From NCBI RefSeq assembly GCF_009914755.1, contig NC_060947.1: DNA of 64,000 nucleotides; one strand, written 5' to 3'. A program made the position numbers and the translations under genes. Positions 61,885-64,000 of this stretch are shown in pieces (the stretch's first letter is position 1; every line of letters starts with the position of its first letter). The DNA comes from the human T2T-CHM13v2.0 reference genome, Homo sapiens. The notes under the pieces were generated by a model. The model had not been told where the DNA came from. It did no database searches and was given only the letters and a program-made list of their open reading frames with translations.

Positions 61885-62115
61885 TCAGCCATGCTGTCCC
61901 AGGTCCCCAAACTCTTAACCTTTTGCGTTTCATAGAAAGTGCTAGGATTTACAAAGATGCCACTACCCTCGCCAGCCCACTAAGATGAAAGTGAGATGCC
62001 ACCTGTGATGGTCATTGGAGCACCTTGCCACCCTCCTCAATGGGCACCGGTGAGGAGGGTGACAGGCGCTTGGAGTCCCTGTGGGTTCTGGGATTCTGAG
62101 CTGTCACAGCGATAA

Positions 62116-62631
<516 letters not shown>

Positions 62632-63074
62632 TCAAAGCTCATCTCCTAAGGCATGCAGAAACTCAGCTCCACAGATCTGAGGTCTAAATGAGCAGGGCAA
62701 CCTTGCTTATGGAGACGCGGGCAGGCAGGGAGAACAGGGTCTCTGCCCAGGCCACCAAGGAGGAGGCAAGATGCCAGATGGAGAAGGGGTTGCCCCAAGC
62801 CCCAGGTTGACATGGAAGTTGGGAACAGCCAAGCAGAGAATCTCAGGATCTCCATGGAGGCTAAGAACGTTTCATTGGAGATTCAACTTTTGCAATAAGC
62901 AGTGCTGGGTTACATAAGTGCCTAATTAAGACCCTTGGAACTAATTATATAGGACAGAGAGGAGGTGATGGTGAAGACGTGAGATTCTAAGCTGTGATGA
63001 TACTTACCACATGAGAGGATCAAGACCCACCGATGAACTCCTGGTAGTAGAGAGAGGATATGCAGATAGGGAGG

Positions 63075-63630
63075 CAGCTAGCTAGACAGATAGATAGATG
63101 ACAGATAGATAATTGATACATAGATTATAGATTCAATAGATAAATACACAGAGAATACATTAGATAGATGGATGGATAGATAGATGGATGAATGGATAGA
63201 TAGATATATCAATAGATAGATAGGTAGGTGGATAGAGAGATGATAGATAGATAATTGATACATATAGATTCAATAGATAAATACATAGATAATACATTAA
63301 TAGATGGATGGATAGATAGATGAATGGATAGATAGATATATCAATAGGTAGGTGGACAGATAGATAATTGATACATAGATTATAGATTCAATAGATAAAT
63401 ACATGGATAGATAATACATTAGATAGATGGATGGATAGATGGATGAATGGATGGACACAGACATAGATAGATAGATCAACAGATAGGTAGGTGGATAGAT
63501 AGATACATAGATGATTGATTGATAGGTAGAAGATAGATGATGAATATATAGATAGATGATAGATGTTAGATAGATATTTAGATACATAGATCAATAGATC
63601 AATAGGTGATAGATAAGCAATATACAGATA
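63075..63630. repeat. Compound (GATA)/(GATG) tract with longer duplicated blocks
   Basis: ATAATTGATACATA..ATTCAATAGATAAATACA recurs three times. Confidence 0.92.
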
Positions 63631-63749
63631 GGAACTCTCCAGTCAGCCTAGACTTAGCTAGTCAAGGTCCCACCTGTGGAGTTTCCAGGTGAACCTCATC
63701 TCTATTAGCCTTCGAGTCCACGTAAATCATGTATCTACATCTGCCTGGA

Positions 63750-64000
63750 TTTGTTTTCACTGCTAGAACAGAATCCCTGAGACTGTGGTTTATAAAGAGC
63801 AGAGATTTATTTACTCCTGGTTCTGGAGGTGGAGAAGTCCAAGATGAAGGCACCAGCAGATTCTATATCTGATGAGTGCTGTTCTCTGCCTCCAAGATGG
63901 CGCCTTCCTGCTGAATCTTCCAGAAGGAAGAAACACCTTGTCCTTACATGGTATAGGTGGAAGACCAAGGGAAATGAATGCTACAGGAAGCCTCTTTTCT
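63750..64000 (-). mobile_element. MST/MLT1A-like LTR (runs off window)
   Basis: GATTTATTT..GTTCTGGAGG..AAGTCCAAGATGAAGGCACCAGCAGATT. Confidence 0.75.

Noticed and set aside
63891-63904. YY1 motif CAAGATGGCG
   Set aside because: Part of ordinary MaLR LTR sequence; no locus-specific evidence.

Overview
This is non-coding primate, almost certainly human, genomic DNA. I find no credible protein-coding gene, RNA gene or CRISPR array; the ORF track is explained by Alu, L1 and low-complexity translation. The window holds roughly 55-60 Alu copies, several truncated L1s, MaLR/ERV1 LTRs, MER20 and L2 fragments, many minisatellites, and several CpG-retaining unique islands rich in PBX/MEIS/HOX motifs. 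The architecture (extreme Alu density, tandemly amplified Alus and MLT1 LTRs, GGGATGACAGG Alu variants, HOX/PBX/MEIS islands) suggests the pseudoautosomal PAR1 gene desert downstream of SHOX. That location is an inference, not a mapped result. Strongest observations: (1) two oppositely oriented retro-insertions about 100 bp apart carrying the same 30-bp L1 3'-transduced tag (19934-20402); (2) a recurrent TpA->GpA/TpC substitution across unrelated Alu and L1 copies that repeatedly creates TGACA(G) MEIS-type motifs; (3) four independent tandem arrays built from Alu monomers or whole Alus; (4) fused or near-adjacent inverted Alus; (5) three twin-priming L1 inversions; (6) candidate developmental enhancers, including a perfect DR4 element. 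Repeat boundaries were read by eye and are approximate; subfamily calls are from memory of consensus sequences.
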